Part shown: positions 16,688 to 27,410 of the stretch, piece after piece
Numbering within the stretch: the first letter of the stretch is position 1
How the letters are laid out: each line of letters opens with the position of its first letter
Sequence record: PP856017.1
Reading direction: 5' to 3' (one strand)
DNA length: 64,000 nucleotides
Program-made: the position numbers and the translations under genes
Notes under the pieces: generated by a model
The model's database searches: none
Seen by the model: the letters and a program-made list of their open reading frames with translations, nothing else
Told to the model about the DNA's origin: nothing

Positions 16688-18868
16688 TCAATAAACGGTT
16701 GAACCAGAATCTGTGACTTTCCGGTACACACCGTCAAGCAGATTCTTATCGCTAGATTTGTGATGACTCATGCGTTTCTCTTCTCGGGTTTTCTTGATCA
16801 TGTCCGAGACGCTAAACGTTTCGCCTTCCTCTTCGACCACACGCGAGACCAATGCACCGATCTCAGATTCAATACGCATCTGCACGAAGTGGTCTTGAGT
16901 ACCAGCCATCCGTGCAACCAGTTCCTGGATGTCTTCACGCAGTTTGCGTTGCTGGATTTCAAAGTGAGACATTTCACGCAGGCTCTTCTTCACCAACGTG
17001 GAACTCATCACGGTCGTTGCATCGATGCCGTAGTAAGCCTGGTTCTGACCGAACATAGCAAACCAGCATGCAAGCAGCCATGCCACACAACCGTCGTCGT
17101 GCCCGCCCTTCGGGTGGTCGACTCGACCGTTCTTGACTTCAAGAGCCAGGATCTGATCGATGGTCTTGATATCATTCACCCGGTCCATTGCATGACGCAC
17201 GGCGTTTTGCAGAACCTGACCGTAAATGATCGAACGGGCATTTTCGCCAGTTGCAGAAGTGTTGTAACCGAAGTACGCTTTGTACTTGGTATAGAGATCG
17301 CCAAGCTGATACTTGTCAGCACGACGGATTTCATCCAGGACTTCACGATACTTATCGGGATCCTGAACGATTCGGTTAAAGAGTCGCTTGAACGCATTCT
17401 GACCAGTCATGCGGAACTTCATGCAAAGCTGGTCGATGATTGCTGGACCCGTGTTCTTGCATTCGATAACCGCCACGAGTTTCGGCCACTTCATCATGAC
17501 GTCGTAAAGCCACAACGAATAGTCGATGATGTTGGTCATGTTCACGAAACACGTGCCAATAACTTCGAGAGTGGTCAGGTCGACGTACTGCATGCCGATC
17601 TCATCCTTACCCTGTGCTTGGGAAGGATCGATACCGACCACAATGTTGCCTTCTGCCATGAGTTCATCACGGGTCTTCAGGCTAACGTACCACTTCGTCA
17701 TGTAGCGAGTCTTCGGATCGATTTCAGCGATGAAATCTTCCCGTTGATTTTCACGAAGGGTGTTGAGTTGTTCTGTTGAGAGCGGAGATCCACGGCCACC
17801 AGAAGTCCAGATGTTGAAGTAATCGCGATCGGCTTCTTCGCCGCTAATCATTGCCTTCTTGATATTCTCGTAATGCTGCTTGTCCGAGATACCGAGCATG
17901 CGGTGGCTAAACGTGCAGTTAATGGCAAAACCATTGCTGGACGAAGCCTCGACCATCACCTTCAGGTCATCCCAGTTACGAGCATCATAGATCTTGTCCG
18001 TGAATGAGAACGAGTCGGTCAGGATCTGATAAGCATATGCGCCATCACGGTCATCTTTCTTACCAGCAGTAGTTGCCAGCACAATGCCATGGTGCGCGTT
18101 GTTTTCACGAGCGGAAACGAATGCCGCATTGGTTGTCGACAGAATCGTCGTCAGCGTAGCTTTCAGCCAGGAGATGTATGCAAACTCGTCAATCCGGATG
18201 TTAGCAGAAGTAAAACCACGACCCACCTTGTAGGCGCCCTTCTCATCCATCCGGGGAACGTGCGTTTCGTACTTGTTCTCAACTGCGGACAAGTAGATGT
18301 ATTCCTGGTTGTTCGGATCTTTTTTCGGAATCGAGCGCCTGAGATACAACGGCAAAACTTCTTCGTATTCCTTCAGACGCTCAATGTCGTTTCGACGCAG
18401 CTGGTCTTCTTTCGTCAGCAAGTGAATGCTGGAGTGAACAAGACCGAAGTTCAGCAGGTAACGATCGAGCGACGCCATGTTAACGGACTTACCCGTCTGC
18501 CGCGGCTGGATCAGGAACGTTGTGATGTGGTTGAAGTAACACCACCAGAGTGCGATGTTGCCCCGGTTCGCTTTCACGATCCCAGGATTCATTGCACCTT
18601 GTTCAGGAATGCGTGCGATCTCGCGGAAGTAATACCAGGGATTGTCGAAACACTCCTGGGTAATCATCCCTTTGTATTCGAAGGAGAGCTTCGGATCGAA
18701 CGGATCGACTCCGATCAGATGTTTGTTGTGAAGGGCGAGAGGCCAGAGGTTATTCTGGATCCCCATGTCTTCGAGGATGTAGCAAATGTCAACGAAGGAC
18801 CGGTTTCGCGTATCCAGATCGATTGTCGCATCCGGGTATCTGTTCCAGTCCTCTTGAAACAGAATCAT
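16688..18868 (-). CDS. terL: Terminase large subunit (phiKZ gp25-like)
   Basis: NPWYYFRE, QPRQTGKS Walker A, IRIDEFAY Walker B, LATTAG, GIDP nuclease Asp, HPKGGHDD. Confidence 0.93.
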   Translation of the reverse strand: MILFQEDWNRYPDATIDLDTRNRSFVDICYILEDMGIQNNLWPLALHNKHLIGVDPFDPKLSFEYKGMITQECFDNPWYYFREIARIPEQGAMNPGIVKANRGNIALWWCYFNHITTFLIQPRQTGKSVNMASLDRYLLNFGLVHSSIHLLTKEDQLRRNDIERLKEYEEVLPLYLRRSIPKKDPNNQEYIYLSAVENKYETHVPRMDEKGAYKVGRGFTSANIRIDEFAYISWLKATLTTILSTTNAAFVSARENNAHHGIVLATTAGKKDDRDGAYAYQILTDSFSFTDKIYDARNWDDLKVMVEASSSNGFAINCTFSHRMLGISDKQHYENIKKAMISGEEADRDYFNIWTSGGRGSPLSTEQLNTLRENQREDFIAEIDPKTRYMTKWYVSLKTRDELMAEGNIVVGIDPSQAQGKDEIGMQYVDLTTLEVIGTCFVNMTNIIDYSLWLYDVMMKWPKLVAVIECKNTGPAIIDQLCMKFRMTGQNAFKRLFNRIVQDPDKYREVLDEIRRADKYQLGDLYTKYKAYFGYNTSATGENARSIIYGQVLQNAVRHAMDRVNDIKTIDQILALEVKNGRVDHPKGGHDDGCVAWLLACWFAMFGQNQAYYGIDATTVMSSTLVKKSLREMSHFEIQQRKLREDIQELVARMAGTQDHFVQMRIESEIGALVSRVVEEEGETFSVSDMIKKTREEKRMSHHKSSDKNLLDGVYRKVTDSGSTVY

Positions 18869-18904
18869 AGAGGATCTCCTAGCATAGGGTCATAAGGTTA
18901 GTGA

Positions 18905-18928
18905 TCGACTGGGCTTTCGCCCAGTCGA
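18905..18928 (-). terminator. Hairpin (GAAA loop) with TATG at 18894 upstream of terL
   Basis: 10-bp perfect stem TCGACTGGGC/GCCCAGTCGA. Confidence 0.7.
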
Positions 18929-18940
18929 CCTATCGCTTAA

Positions 18941-20659
18941 TTACCAGCTAGCAACCTGCTGGATAGGCACACCAGCCTGTCCGAGGATCAGGTCATCCGT
19001 CGGGCCTTGCTTAACAAACGTGAGGAACCACGTCTGGTCTTGCAGGACCGGGAAGTTGACCGTGAACTTCATATTCCAGTAGTCCGCGATCGCCAGGCGA
19101 ATCGTGTTAACCGAACCGCCATCACTGAAGATGACGTGGTCCGGCACAACCGGATCGCTTTCCAACTGCGGGTTGGTGAGCGGACGAGTGTTGGTGTAGA
19201 ACGCATCGAGCCAGTTCTCCAGCGAGCCGTAGCCCGACTGCATGTTGACTTCGCACAGGTTCTGGTTGATGAACTTCGACTTGACCACGTTGAGATCTCC
19301 GTATTCCGGGGTCTGATTCGGATCGAAGGCGATCTTCCACAGTGTGCTTACGCCGTCGAAGTTGGCACCTGCCTTAAGCAGAGTGATACCGACGGTTTGC
19401 ACGAAGCGGTAAGCGCGCCAGCTACCGTTGACCTTCGACAGATCGATGGCCATCGTGAGGTTTTGTTTGACACCGTAAAGTGTCGGGCTGAATGCCGGAC
19501 TGTTCGCACCGAGTTCGACCAGACCCGTGACGTCGTAGACGATGTCGCGATCGAGGTTGAGCATGAACCAGCGCAGACGGTAGCCGTTGACCGGATCTTG
19601 CCATACCGGGAACGGATAGAGCTTCACTGTCAGTTGGTTTTCGACGTCCACCACCACCACATCGACATCTTGCATGATGAAGCGGTTCGTGCCCACAGCA
19701 CCACCCGTGTAGCTGACTTCACCACCGAGCAGGTTGTACTTGAGCTTGAACGTCGCATGCTCGCCTGCCTGAGTCGGCGCGAACTCGCGCATGCCCAGCA
19801 GTTCGAAACGCGTACCGTCGACGTTGTACTGCTTCGACGAGCCACTGTTGTACGACACGAGACCGTACAGATTGATCGAGTTCAGCGTCAGGTTCAGCGG
19901 CACTTCCAGACGGTTGCCGACCAGCTTGGATACGAGCGGGCCTTGCAGCGAGATGCCGGTCACAGCAGCAATCGACTGATCGGTCGAAGCCGTGAATGAC
20001 GTCACCACTGCACGCAGATCCTTGGACGACAGGAGTGCGCCCGTATCGTCGAAGAGCGTCACGTACAGGAATTCGCCATCGGCGATGTCGAACGTCGTAT
20101 ACGCCGTCGGGATGTAGTACTGGGCCTTGTTGATTCCGTTGGGCATGACACCCAGTTGCAGCGGAATCTGCGTGCCGATCGGAAGACCCGATTGGTCCAG
20201 CACCAGGCTGATGATTTCTTCGACGCCGTTGACCGGATTGCCACGATACACGCGAGCCGTGGAGGCATTGCGTGCATTCACGTAGCAGCGCGCGTCGACT
20301 TGCAGACGATGAGGCGTAACCGTTTTGTCGATGAAGCAGCGGAAGGCATCCTTCGTTTGACCGAGGAGAACGTCTTCCGAGTCCATACTGGCAATCGGCA
20401 ACGGAGTGACACGTACGAGGGTCGGAACCCACAGATCCGACAACGCGGTCACCTTGTAGGTGATCATGTAATCGTAATCTTCGACGTAGTCGTTGATTTT
20501 CGGGATGTAGCGGCCAGCCGCATCACCACCGAGGTAGATCTCGGCTTTCGCCCAGGTCTTCCAAAGCGGATTCGTATCCCAGTTCTTGATCGGCAAGGCA
20601 CCGTCAGTACCCCACGGCAGTGGGGTATCGGGCACCGTGACCGTTGTCGTATCGGCCAT
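18941..20659 (-). CDS. Virion structural protein, probable baseplate (phiKZ gp26-like)
   Basis: 572 aa; synteny terL-gp26-gp27-gp28-sheath-tube. Confidence 0.72.
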   Translation of the reverse strand: MADTTTVTVPDTPLPWGTDGALPIKNWDTNPLWKTWAKAEIYLGGDAAGRYIPKINDYVEDYDYMITYKVTALSDLWVPTLVRVTPLPIASMDSEDVLLGQTKDAFRCFIDKTVTPHRLQVDARCYVNARNASTARVYRGNPVNGVEEIISLVLDQSGLPIGTQIPLQLGVMPNGINKAQYYIPTAYTTFDIADGEFLYVTLFDDTGALLSSKDLRAVVTSFTASTDQSIAAVTGISLQGPLVSKLVGNRLEVPLNLTLNSINLYGLVSYNSGSSKQYNVDGTRFELLGMREFAPTQAGEHATFKLKYNLLGGEVSYTGGAVGTNRFIMQDVDVVVVDVENQLTVKLYPFPVWQDPVNGYRLRWFMLNLDRDIVYDVTGLVELGANSPAFSPTLYGVKQNLTMAIDLSKVNGSWRAYRFVQTVGITLLKAGANFDGVSTLWKIAFDPNQTPEYGDLNVVKSKFINQNLCEVNMQSGYGSLENWLDAFYTNTRPLTNPQLESDPVVPDHVIFSDGGSVNTIRLAIADYWNMKFTVNFPVLQDQTWFLTFVKQGPTDDLILGQAGVPIQQVASW

Positions 20660-20671
20660 GGATATTAACCT

Positions 20672-23272
20672 TTAGGTGATAGCTTTCAGACGAAGGAAGT
20701 GGTTCAGCACTACCTTACCCTTCATGTAGACAGTGATCACCCACTGAAGGAACTGGTAGTAATAGATGTCGATGTCAATCACGTTCTCAAGGAAATGCGG
20801 ATCGACGATCACGTAGTTGGGATCGACAGCTGTGGCTGTTTGTGACGGGTCGAATGCGAGCAACCATTCGTAAGGAGCACAGATCTGCTTCACGAGGTTT
20901 GCATCGTACTGAACCTTCAACTGATTGATGTCAATCGTACCGGCCAGGCAATCGTACATGATTTTGCACAGGAACGGCGTGAAGACGTGGTACAGATCCG
21001 GGATGACATCCGGTCCGCTCGGAACAGGTTCCGGGAGTTTGGCAGAAAGGTAATCGCTTACTGCCTTGTCGATTGCACGAGCGTCGTCTCGCCAACTGTA
21101 CGTATCGCCGTCCGTGAGAGAACGCATTGGCACAATCATGTCACGTACCGAATACGGTTCACCATTGTTGCCATCGGGTACGGCGACAAGCGCATCGTTT
21201 TCCGAGAACAACAGATCGTCACGGAAACGCAGACGACCATCGACGATGATTCGCAGCACGCGGTCATCACGCAGGTTGTAGATCGAGTTGCGGGAGAGCA
21301 GATCGTACTTCAGGAAACCATTGTCTTCCGGAAGCTGTCGCGTCAGATCACTCTTGCAGAAGCCAGAGAACCGAACGGCAATCTGTTGCTCCTGATTGGC
21401 CGGATCGACCAGATACTTTTTGTTGCAGATCACGACCTTCGGGAATTGCACGAAGTAGTCGAGTCCTTCCGTGAGGCTGCGAGCATTCATGATGATGTCA
21501 AGCTCGCCTGCTGGAACAACCATCGCCTGGCTGCCAGTCTGTCCGTTCTTCGTCACCACCTGAATCAGGTCGAACGAGATTACGCCGTCGGGAAATTTCT
21601 CGGTGATCATGTACCCGAGCGAGTTCTTGTCCGAACGAACCAGCGTCGAGAAGTTATTCATGTTGATGATCCACGTCAGCTGGTTGTTAACAACCGAGTA
21701 TTGACCTGAACCCGTCACATCTTTCCAGTTGTTCTGGGCAACACCACCGATCTTGTCGCAGACATACATGCGATAGTTCAGTGTCGGATCCAGAGTCTGG
21801 ACCTGCGTGTCGTAGACTTCGTCGAGTTGCTGAGACGTGTGCCCGTAAATAGCTTCCACAAGCGTACACGTCTGGTTCTGAACGACGTACTGATCACCAA
21901 CGTCATGCAGGTACCAGCCGAGCAGAAGACCGTCCTGATCGTACTCGTAGCACGTCGCGTTTTCATACATGCCCTGAGGCAGGTTGACCATCTTTACGCC
22001 GTCGACAGTTACGACCTTCAAAGGCGTATCGCCCAGAACCTTCGACACTGCGTTATAACCCAATGCCGATTGAACCATGTCGCGTGTGATGACTTGGTCG
22101 TTTACCTGACCATTTTGCGTGCTGTTGGACAGACGCATGATCTTCGTGTAGTCAGCTGCTTCAAGAATAGCGGCCTGCCAGTTTGCAACGGTGGCGTTGT
22201 CGCCAATCATTGCGGGCAAGAAGTCACTCTCATGCAACTTGTACAATTCGTGGATCCGGTTCTTTTCGTAAACCAGAGGACGGTCGTAACCACTCTCACG
22301 AATCAGAGCCAGGACTTTGCATTGCTGCGGATCGGTCCAGCCAGGTTTCGCATCGACGAATGAATTGATGAGCGCAACGCTCATCGAGTAGTCTTTGTGT
22401 GTCACCATACGCAATGCAGCTGCGGTGTTCTTGTGGTGATACACGCCGTTGGCTTTGGCAGGAGCTGCAGGGCGTTGAATCAGGAACAGATCCACGTCAT
22501 CCTGATACTCGATACGAGTCATCGGATCCGAATAGTGGAGCAGATACTTGCGCTCGCTATCCATGGTCGAATCGAACGACGGAAGATTATTCACGTCGTA
22601 CTCAACAGTCTTCGTCACAGACGAATCATAGATCCATTCCACCAGGTCACCCACTTTACAAGTGAGCGGGCTGATTTCTTCAGACCAGTAGCCGTTGATG
22701 ATTGCATAAGCATAACCTGGCTTGGCTCGGTATTGCATGAACTTCGTCTGCATGTTCAGAATGTCGTTCATCATCAGAGGCGACATGCCCTGCGCGACGA
22801 TCATTTCCGTATTGCCGTTCGAGCGTTCCGATTGCCAGTACGCATTCGTGTACGTCCGGAAGAAAATGTCTTCCGTGTTGTAATCCACGTTGAGCAACGT
22901 GTCTTCTTTCTTCGTTGCGATGATGAGGTTCTTCGCCTTCGTCACCATGAAGTAGGTTTCGAACTTGGGAAGCATCACGCCCTTTTCGGTGTAAGCTTCG
23001 ACGACCATTCCCATCTGGTTGCATGCATCCAGGAAACTGATCCACTGGTTCTGCACCGGGGGAAGCCCGAAGTAGTCCGGATGAATCTGTCCAACCTGAT
23101 ACACATGCCAGTAATGCGTGTTGTCCGGAAGGTAGATCTGGAGCCAGTCCAGTTCCATCTTCACATACTCACCGCCATATTGGCTCAGCCGTTTAGGCCG
23201 GGACCGGAACTGTTTGTCCTGTCTCGGTGAGCACCAGATATTCTTCAGTGCATAATCGACAAGGTAATCCAT
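20672..23272 (-). CDS. Virion structural protein, probable baseplate (phiKZ gp27-like)
   Basis: 866 aa; N-term YLVDYALKNIWCSPRQD motif; synteny. Confidence 0.75.
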   Translation of the reverse strand: MDYLVDYALKNIWCSPRQDKQFRSRPKRLSQYGGEYVKMELDWLQIYLPDNTHYWHVYQVGQIHPDYFGLPPVQNQWISFLDACNQMGMVVEAYTEKGVMLPKFETYFMVTKAKNLIIATKKEDTLLNVDYNTEDIFFRTYTNAYWQSERSNGNTEMIVAQGMSPLMMNDILNMQTKFMQYRAKPGYAYAIINGYWSEEISPLTCKVGDLVEWIYDSSVTKTVEYDVNNLPSFDSTMDSERKYLLHYSDPMTRIEYQDDVDLFLIQRPAAPAKANGVYHHKNTAAALRMVTHKDYSMSVALINSFVDAKPGWTDPQQCKVLALIRESGYDRPLVYEKNRIHELYKLHESDFLPAMIGDNATVANWQAAILEAADYTKIMRLSNSTQNGQVNDQVITRDMVQSALGYNAVSKVLGDTPLKVVTVDGVKMVNLPQGMYENATCYEYDQDGLLLGWYLHDVGDQYVVQNQTCTLVEAIYGHTSQQLDEVYDTQVQTLDPTLNYRMYVCDKIGGVAQNNWKDVTGSGQYSVVNNQLTWIINMNNFSTLVRSDKNSLGYMITEKFPDGVISFDLIQVVTKNGQTGSQAMVVPAGELDIIMNARSLTEGLDYFVQFPKVVICNKKYLVDPANQEQQIAVRFSGFCKSDLTRQLPEDNGFLKYDLLSRNSIYNLRDDRVLRIIVDGRLRFRDDLLFSENDALVAVPDGNNGEPYSVRDMIVPMRSLTDGDTYSWRDDARAIDKAVSDYLSAKLPEPVPSGPDVIPDLYHVFTPFLCKIMYDCLAGTIDINQLKVQYDANLVKQICAPYEWLLAFDPSQTATAVDPNYVIVDPHFLENVIDIDIYYYQFLQWVITVYMKGKVVLNHFLRLKAIT

Positions 23273-23297
23273 TTTTCGACGCCATAAAAAAAGGTTA

Positions 23298-23328
23298 CCC
23301 TACCCACCGGATTGGCCGGCAGGTAGGG
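23298..23328 (-). terminator. Hairpin with T-run and TATG (23286)
   Basis: CCCTACC...GGTAGGG. Confidence 0.65.
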
Positions 23329-23340
23329 GATCGAGCTTTC

Positions 23341-24240
23341 TTACGACTTCAACGTTGCGGTCATTTGCAGCAGGAAGTCGTCAGCCTGGTTCTTGGCCGG
23401 AACGCGTTCGATCATCTTCGAGAGTTGCGAGCGAGTGTAAGCACGCTCGGACATCGCCGCAGTGATCATTGCCAGGAACGTCGGCACGTGTTCGACCGAA
23501 GTGGCCACGATCTCGTGCGAATTGGCGCCGTACCAGGTCGCATTGAGAATCGGATACAAAACGATGGAGCTGAAGTTCTTCAGCCGGATGTTACCCACGA
23601 CATCTTCCAGTCGCGAGCAGTAGTCCGTGATGTCCTTCACATAGTGTTGTCCATCGAGCACTTGCATGATGGATTCCACGCCGATTCGGGTTGCCTTGGC
23701 GATGCCTTGGCAGATCTTCAGGTAGTCTTTTTCGTCCGGCATATCCGCGTTGTCGAACAGCGAATAGTAGAACCAGGCCGAGAAGATCGACAGCTTGTAC
23801 TGATCCTCTGGCTCCAGGCCGAAACGTTTACTGATGTTCTCGCTCAGCCAGGAGGAATAGACACTCGCCGGAAGGGCGCTCATCGCTCGAAAGATGGTCG
23901 GAGGTTCACTCCGCCAGATGGCTTCCAGACCGGCACGCGCCAAAAGCAGATTGTAGTCAGCCTGCGAATTGATCTTCAGTTCACCGCTCTGGCGATTCTT
24001 CGTCACGAAGTGACGAGCATCCACATACAGACCATCGTATGGATGCTTTTCGATATAGAGAGGGTGTGAAAATGCGGGAATGTCGATGGGCCAATCCGAA
24101 CTGTCTTCAATGACAGTGTAGCCATCGGGATTTTTTGCAAGATAATTTGATACCGTTGCTTTTACGAGTGCCGCTTGAGTCGGCTCGGTGTGGTATCGGC
24201 GGCCGAAAGTGGTGTCGTACGCTGAAAGAAAAACAGGCAT
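23341..24240 (-). CDS. Virion structural protein (phiKZ gp28-like)
   Basis: 299 aa; AYDTT N-term, FSHP...VDAR motifs; divergent from sheath. Confidence 0.68.
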   Translation of the reverse strand: MPVFLSAYDTTFGRRYHTEPTQAALVKATVSNYLAKNPDGYTVIEDSSDWPIDIPAFSHPLYIEKHPYDGLYVDARHFVTKNRQSGELKINSQADYNLLLARAGLEAIWRSEPPTIFRAMSALPASVYSSWLSENISKRFGLEPEDQYKLSIFSAWFYYSLFDNADMPDEKDYLKICQGIAKATRIGVESIMQVLDGQHYVKDITDYCSRLEDVVGNIRLKNFSSIVLYPILNATWYGANSHEIVATSVEHVPTFLAMITAAMSERAYTRSQLSKMIERVPAKNQADDFLLQMTATLKS

Positions 24241-24350
24241 TTTTTGCCACCTCTAAACATGTATTTTTTTATTGCCGTAGCCCGACAATAAAGGAATTGG
24301 TTTCGAAATAAACGTCATATCATGAACTCATTTTCTAAGGAAGGCTGACG

Positions 24351-26456
24351 ATGGCAACTGCCAACTTCAACTCGATGCCTCAGAACGTTAACTACGGGGC
24401 ACGAGACAAATCCGTTCCGGATCCGATCCTGACCGCGAAGCAGTATGCCACGCATCTGCCGCTGTGGTTCATCTTCGCCCAGAAGGGTCCGACCACCCGT
24501 GTCGTTGCTGACGGTCCGACGCGTGAACAGCTGTTCGGGACGAGTTCGTTCGACCCGAGCTCGCCGTACTTCACGCATGCCACGCAATTCGCGAATCAAG
24601 CGAACAGCAAGGGTAACCAGAGCATTTACCAGCGAGTGGTTCCGGCTGACGCCAAGACCGCACAGCTGCGTTTGTGGCTGGACCTCTTGCCGACGCAAGT
24701 TCCCGAGTACCAGCGTGGTACCGATGGCAAGTATCTGCTCGATACGACGGGCAACCCCATTCCCACTGGCTCGAAGGTTGCCGGTTACCAGATGAAGTTT
24801 GTGAAGACGATCGTCGACGACACCACTGGTGGCGAATTCGGTCAAGCTTCGCAGATGCAAGGTGACCAGACCGACGTGGCCAGCGGCACGCAATCGACGC
24901 GCTACCCGCTCGTCGACATTCCGGTTTCGTTTGCCGGCCTGTACGGCGACGATCTCGGTTTCCGTGCATGGGCGCCGGTCGCTGGTTCGCGCGTCACCCC
25001 CGACGCAGAACTGATCGAAACGAACAAAGCGTATCCGTTCGTGTTCGCCTGCCTGGATCGTTCGAGCGACACCGCTCAAAACGTTCAAACGACGTCCGGC
25101 ACGCAAGAAGTTACCTGCGTGTTCCGTCGCAACCAGGTGAAAGCTTCGGTCGGCAATCAGGACGTCACGTTCGAATCGCGTTTCTACGACGCGTACAACG
25201 ACCGTGAACGTACGGGCCTCGCGCCGCTGTACGGTCCGTTCGATCAAGTGCACCTGTACTACGACAACCTCGTGACGGTGCTCAAGAAACTGTACGACGC
25301 GGAAAAGCCGCTCATCGATGCGTTCAGCGACTTCGATGGCTCGGGCTACTCCACGACCGACGAAGGTGAAATCTTCCGTTTCAACTTCATCGGCGGCAAG
25401 AGCTCGGCTGGTGTGCCGTACCACTCGTACATCATCAACCGTACCGACGCGAACGCTGAAGCAATGAGCGACATCTCGACGGTGTGGGCCGATGGTGGCG
25501 CCGACGGCGACATCTCGTTGAACAACTTCAACCGTCTGGTTCAGGCGGAAATGGAGCTGTACGGCGACATCAACCAGGAAGTCACGGACGACCGTCTGGG
25601 CAACCCGCAAAGCATCTTCTGGGATTCGGGCTTCGACTCGGATTGCAAGATGGCTATGGCCAACTTCATCAGCGTCCGTAAGGACACGCAGCTGGTGTGG
25701 TGCTTGCAAGATGCACAAGCAGCGCAACCGCTGACCGCCGACGAAGAATCGTCGATGGCAATCGCACTCTTCACGCGTGCACAACAGATGCCGGAATCTT
25801 CGGAATACGGCACTTCGGCAATCCGCGCGATGATCGTCGCATGTGACGGCATTCTGATCGGTTCGACCAACCGCAATCGTCTGCCGCTCTCACTGGAACT
25901 GCTTTCGAAGTCCGCTGAATACATGGGTGCTGGCAACGGCCTGTGGAACTCGGCCTTCAGCTTCTCGCATGGTTCCCGTGCAGAAGTGACGCTGTTCCGC
26001 GACGTCAACGTTGTGTGGCGTCCGATCGCCGCTCGTCAGCGCGACTGGGCAAACGGTATGGTCTACGTCCAGAAGAAGGACATGGATACGCTGTTCTTCC
26101 CGGGCCTGCGCACGGTGTACGCTGTGGATCAATCGATCTTCACGTCGTTCATCAACTCCTGCGTGCTCGTCGACCTCCAAAAGGTTGCCGATCGCGTGTG
26201 GTCGCAGTTCTCGGGTGCCGACGAGTACACGAACGAGCAGTTCAAGAAGTACGTCGAGCAGGAGTTCAAGACGGAAATCGAAGGCAAGTACGACAACCGC
26301 GTCACCGTGGTTCCGACTGTCTCGTTCTCCGCCGTGGACGAATACAACGGCTACTCCTGGACGCTGAACGTCGACCTGGGCGCCGACAACATGAAGACGG
26401 TGCAGTACACGGTTCTGACGGGCTACCGTCAAGAGTCGATGCCCGCCAGCAACTAA
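24351..26456 (+). CDS. Tail sheath protein (phiKZ gp29-like)
   Basis: 701 aa; HLPLWFIFAQKGP, FWDSGF, GLRTVY motifs; followed by tube gene. Confidence 0.88.
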   Translation: MATANFNSMPQNVNYGARDKSVPDPILTAKQYATHLPLWFIFAQKGPTTRVVADGPTREQLFGTSSFDPSSPYFTHATQFANQANSKGNQSIYQRVVPADAKTAQLRLWLDLLPTQVPEYQRGTDGKYLLDTTGNPIPTGSKVAGYQMKFVKTIVDDTTGGEFGQASQMQGDQTDVASGTQSTRYPLVDIPVSFAGLYGDDLGFRAWAPVAGSRVTPDAELIETNKAYPFVFACLDRSSDTAQNVQTTSGTQEVTCVFRRNQVKASVGNQDVTFESRFYDAYNDRERTGLAPLYGPFDQVHLYYDNLVTVLKKLYDAEKPLIDAFSDFDGSGYSTTDEGEIFRFNFIGGKSSAGVPYHSYIINRTDANAEAMSDISTVWADGGADGDISLNNFNRLVQAEMELYGDINQEVTDDRLGNPQSIFWDSGFDSDCKMAMANFISVRKDTQLVWCLQDAQAAQPLTADEESSMAIALFTRAQQMPESSEYGTSAIRAMIVACDGILIGSTNRNRLPLSLELLSKSAEYMGAGNGLWNSAFSFSHGSRAEVTLFRDVNVVWRPIAARQRDWANGMVYVQKKDMDTLFFPGLRTVYAVDQSIFTSFINSCVLVDLQKVADRVWSQFSGADEYTNEQFKKYVEQEFKTEIEGKYDNRVTVVPTVSFSAVDEYNGYSWTLNVDLGADNMKTVQYTVLTGYRQESMPASN

Positions 26457-26472
26457 CAAGCGAGGATAAAAC

Positions 26473-27339
26473 ATGAGCCGTATGTCCGACTCGATGATCC
26501 TTCCGGGCGTTGGCATTTCGTCCAACGTGGGTCGTCGCATGAGCAACCCGAACTACGGTGGCGTGATGGGCTGGTCGCCCAATCCGACACAGTGGGTCAA
26601 CAAAACTGGTTACGTTCGTCGTAACCTCATCCCGATCGTCCTGCGTGCGCCGGCTGGCTTTGCCTACCTGCCCAACCCGGACGACTGGTACGCAGCCACG
26701 CGTTCGATTTTCGAAACGCATCCGATCAGCATCGAAGGTCTGAACTCGACGCTGACGGTGGCTGCATCTGACACCCCGTACGGTGGTGCTGGTGAACAGT
26801 TCCAGGATCCGACCAACGTGACTCGCGAGCGTACCTCGCCGAGCTTTACGCTGCCGGATCTCTACGGTGCGCCGATCAACGCGTACCTGGAATCGTGGAT
26901 CCAGTACCTCATCATGGATCCGGAAACGAAGACGGCCCTCGTGAACACGCTGGGTGGTCAAGTTCCTCCGGACATGATGGCGGACATTTACACGATGGAC
27001 ATGCTCTTCATCGAGCCGGATCCGCAACAGTCCACGGTTATCCGTGCCTGGATCGTGTACAACATGTTCCCGCTCTCGGGTGGCGAAACCACGGGTCGTC
27101 GTGATATCACGACCGACATGGAACAGATCCGCTACACCATCCAGATGGCCGGCTTCGCGCAGGTCGGTACGGGTGTGAAGGCGTTCGCGCAATCCGTCCT
27201 CGACGGCATGCGTATCGCTGGTGCGAATCCGTACCATCGTCGTACGTACCTGGAAGGCATCGACGCCGACATTCTTCAAGCGAAGACTGGTTTCGGCAAC
27301 CAGATCCAGGAACTGTCCGACAACCAAGTCGTGGTCTAA
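26473..27339 (+). CDS. Tail tube protein (phiKZ gp30-like)
   Basis: 288 aa; YVRRNLIPIVLRAP, SIEGLNSTL, YLIMDPETK motifs. Confidence 0.85.
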   Translation: MSRMSDSMILPGVGISSNVGRRMSNPNYGGVMGWSPNPTQWVNKTGYVRRNLIPIVLRAPAGFAYLPNPDDWYAATRSIFETHPISIEGLNSTLTVAASDTPYGGAGEQFQDPTNVTRERTSPSFTLPDLYGAPINAYLESWIQYLIMDPETKTALVNTLGGQVPPDMMADIYTMDMLFIEPDPQQSTVIRAWIVYNMFPLSGGETTGRRDITTDMEQIRYTIQMAGFAQVGTGVKAFAQSVLDGMRIAGANPYHRRTYLEGIDADILQAKTGFGNQIQELSDNQVVV

Positions 27340-27369
27340 CCACACTCGGAAAACAAAAAAAAATAAGCT

Positions 27370-27393
27370 CTCCTACCCCGCGAGGGGTAGGAG
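27370..27393. terminator. Bidirectional hairpin: TATG on + side (27399), U-tract on - side
   Basis: CTCCTACCCC-GCGA-GGGGTAGGAG. Confidence 0.78.
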
Positions 27394-27410
27394 GGTCTTA
27401 TGCCGTCGAC

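Noticed and set aside
16688-18868. Intron, intein or homing endonuclease in terL (also checked DNA polymerase and RNAP genes)
   Set aside because: Reading frames are continuous, and I saw no C1...HN intein ends or LAGLIDADG/HNH motifs.
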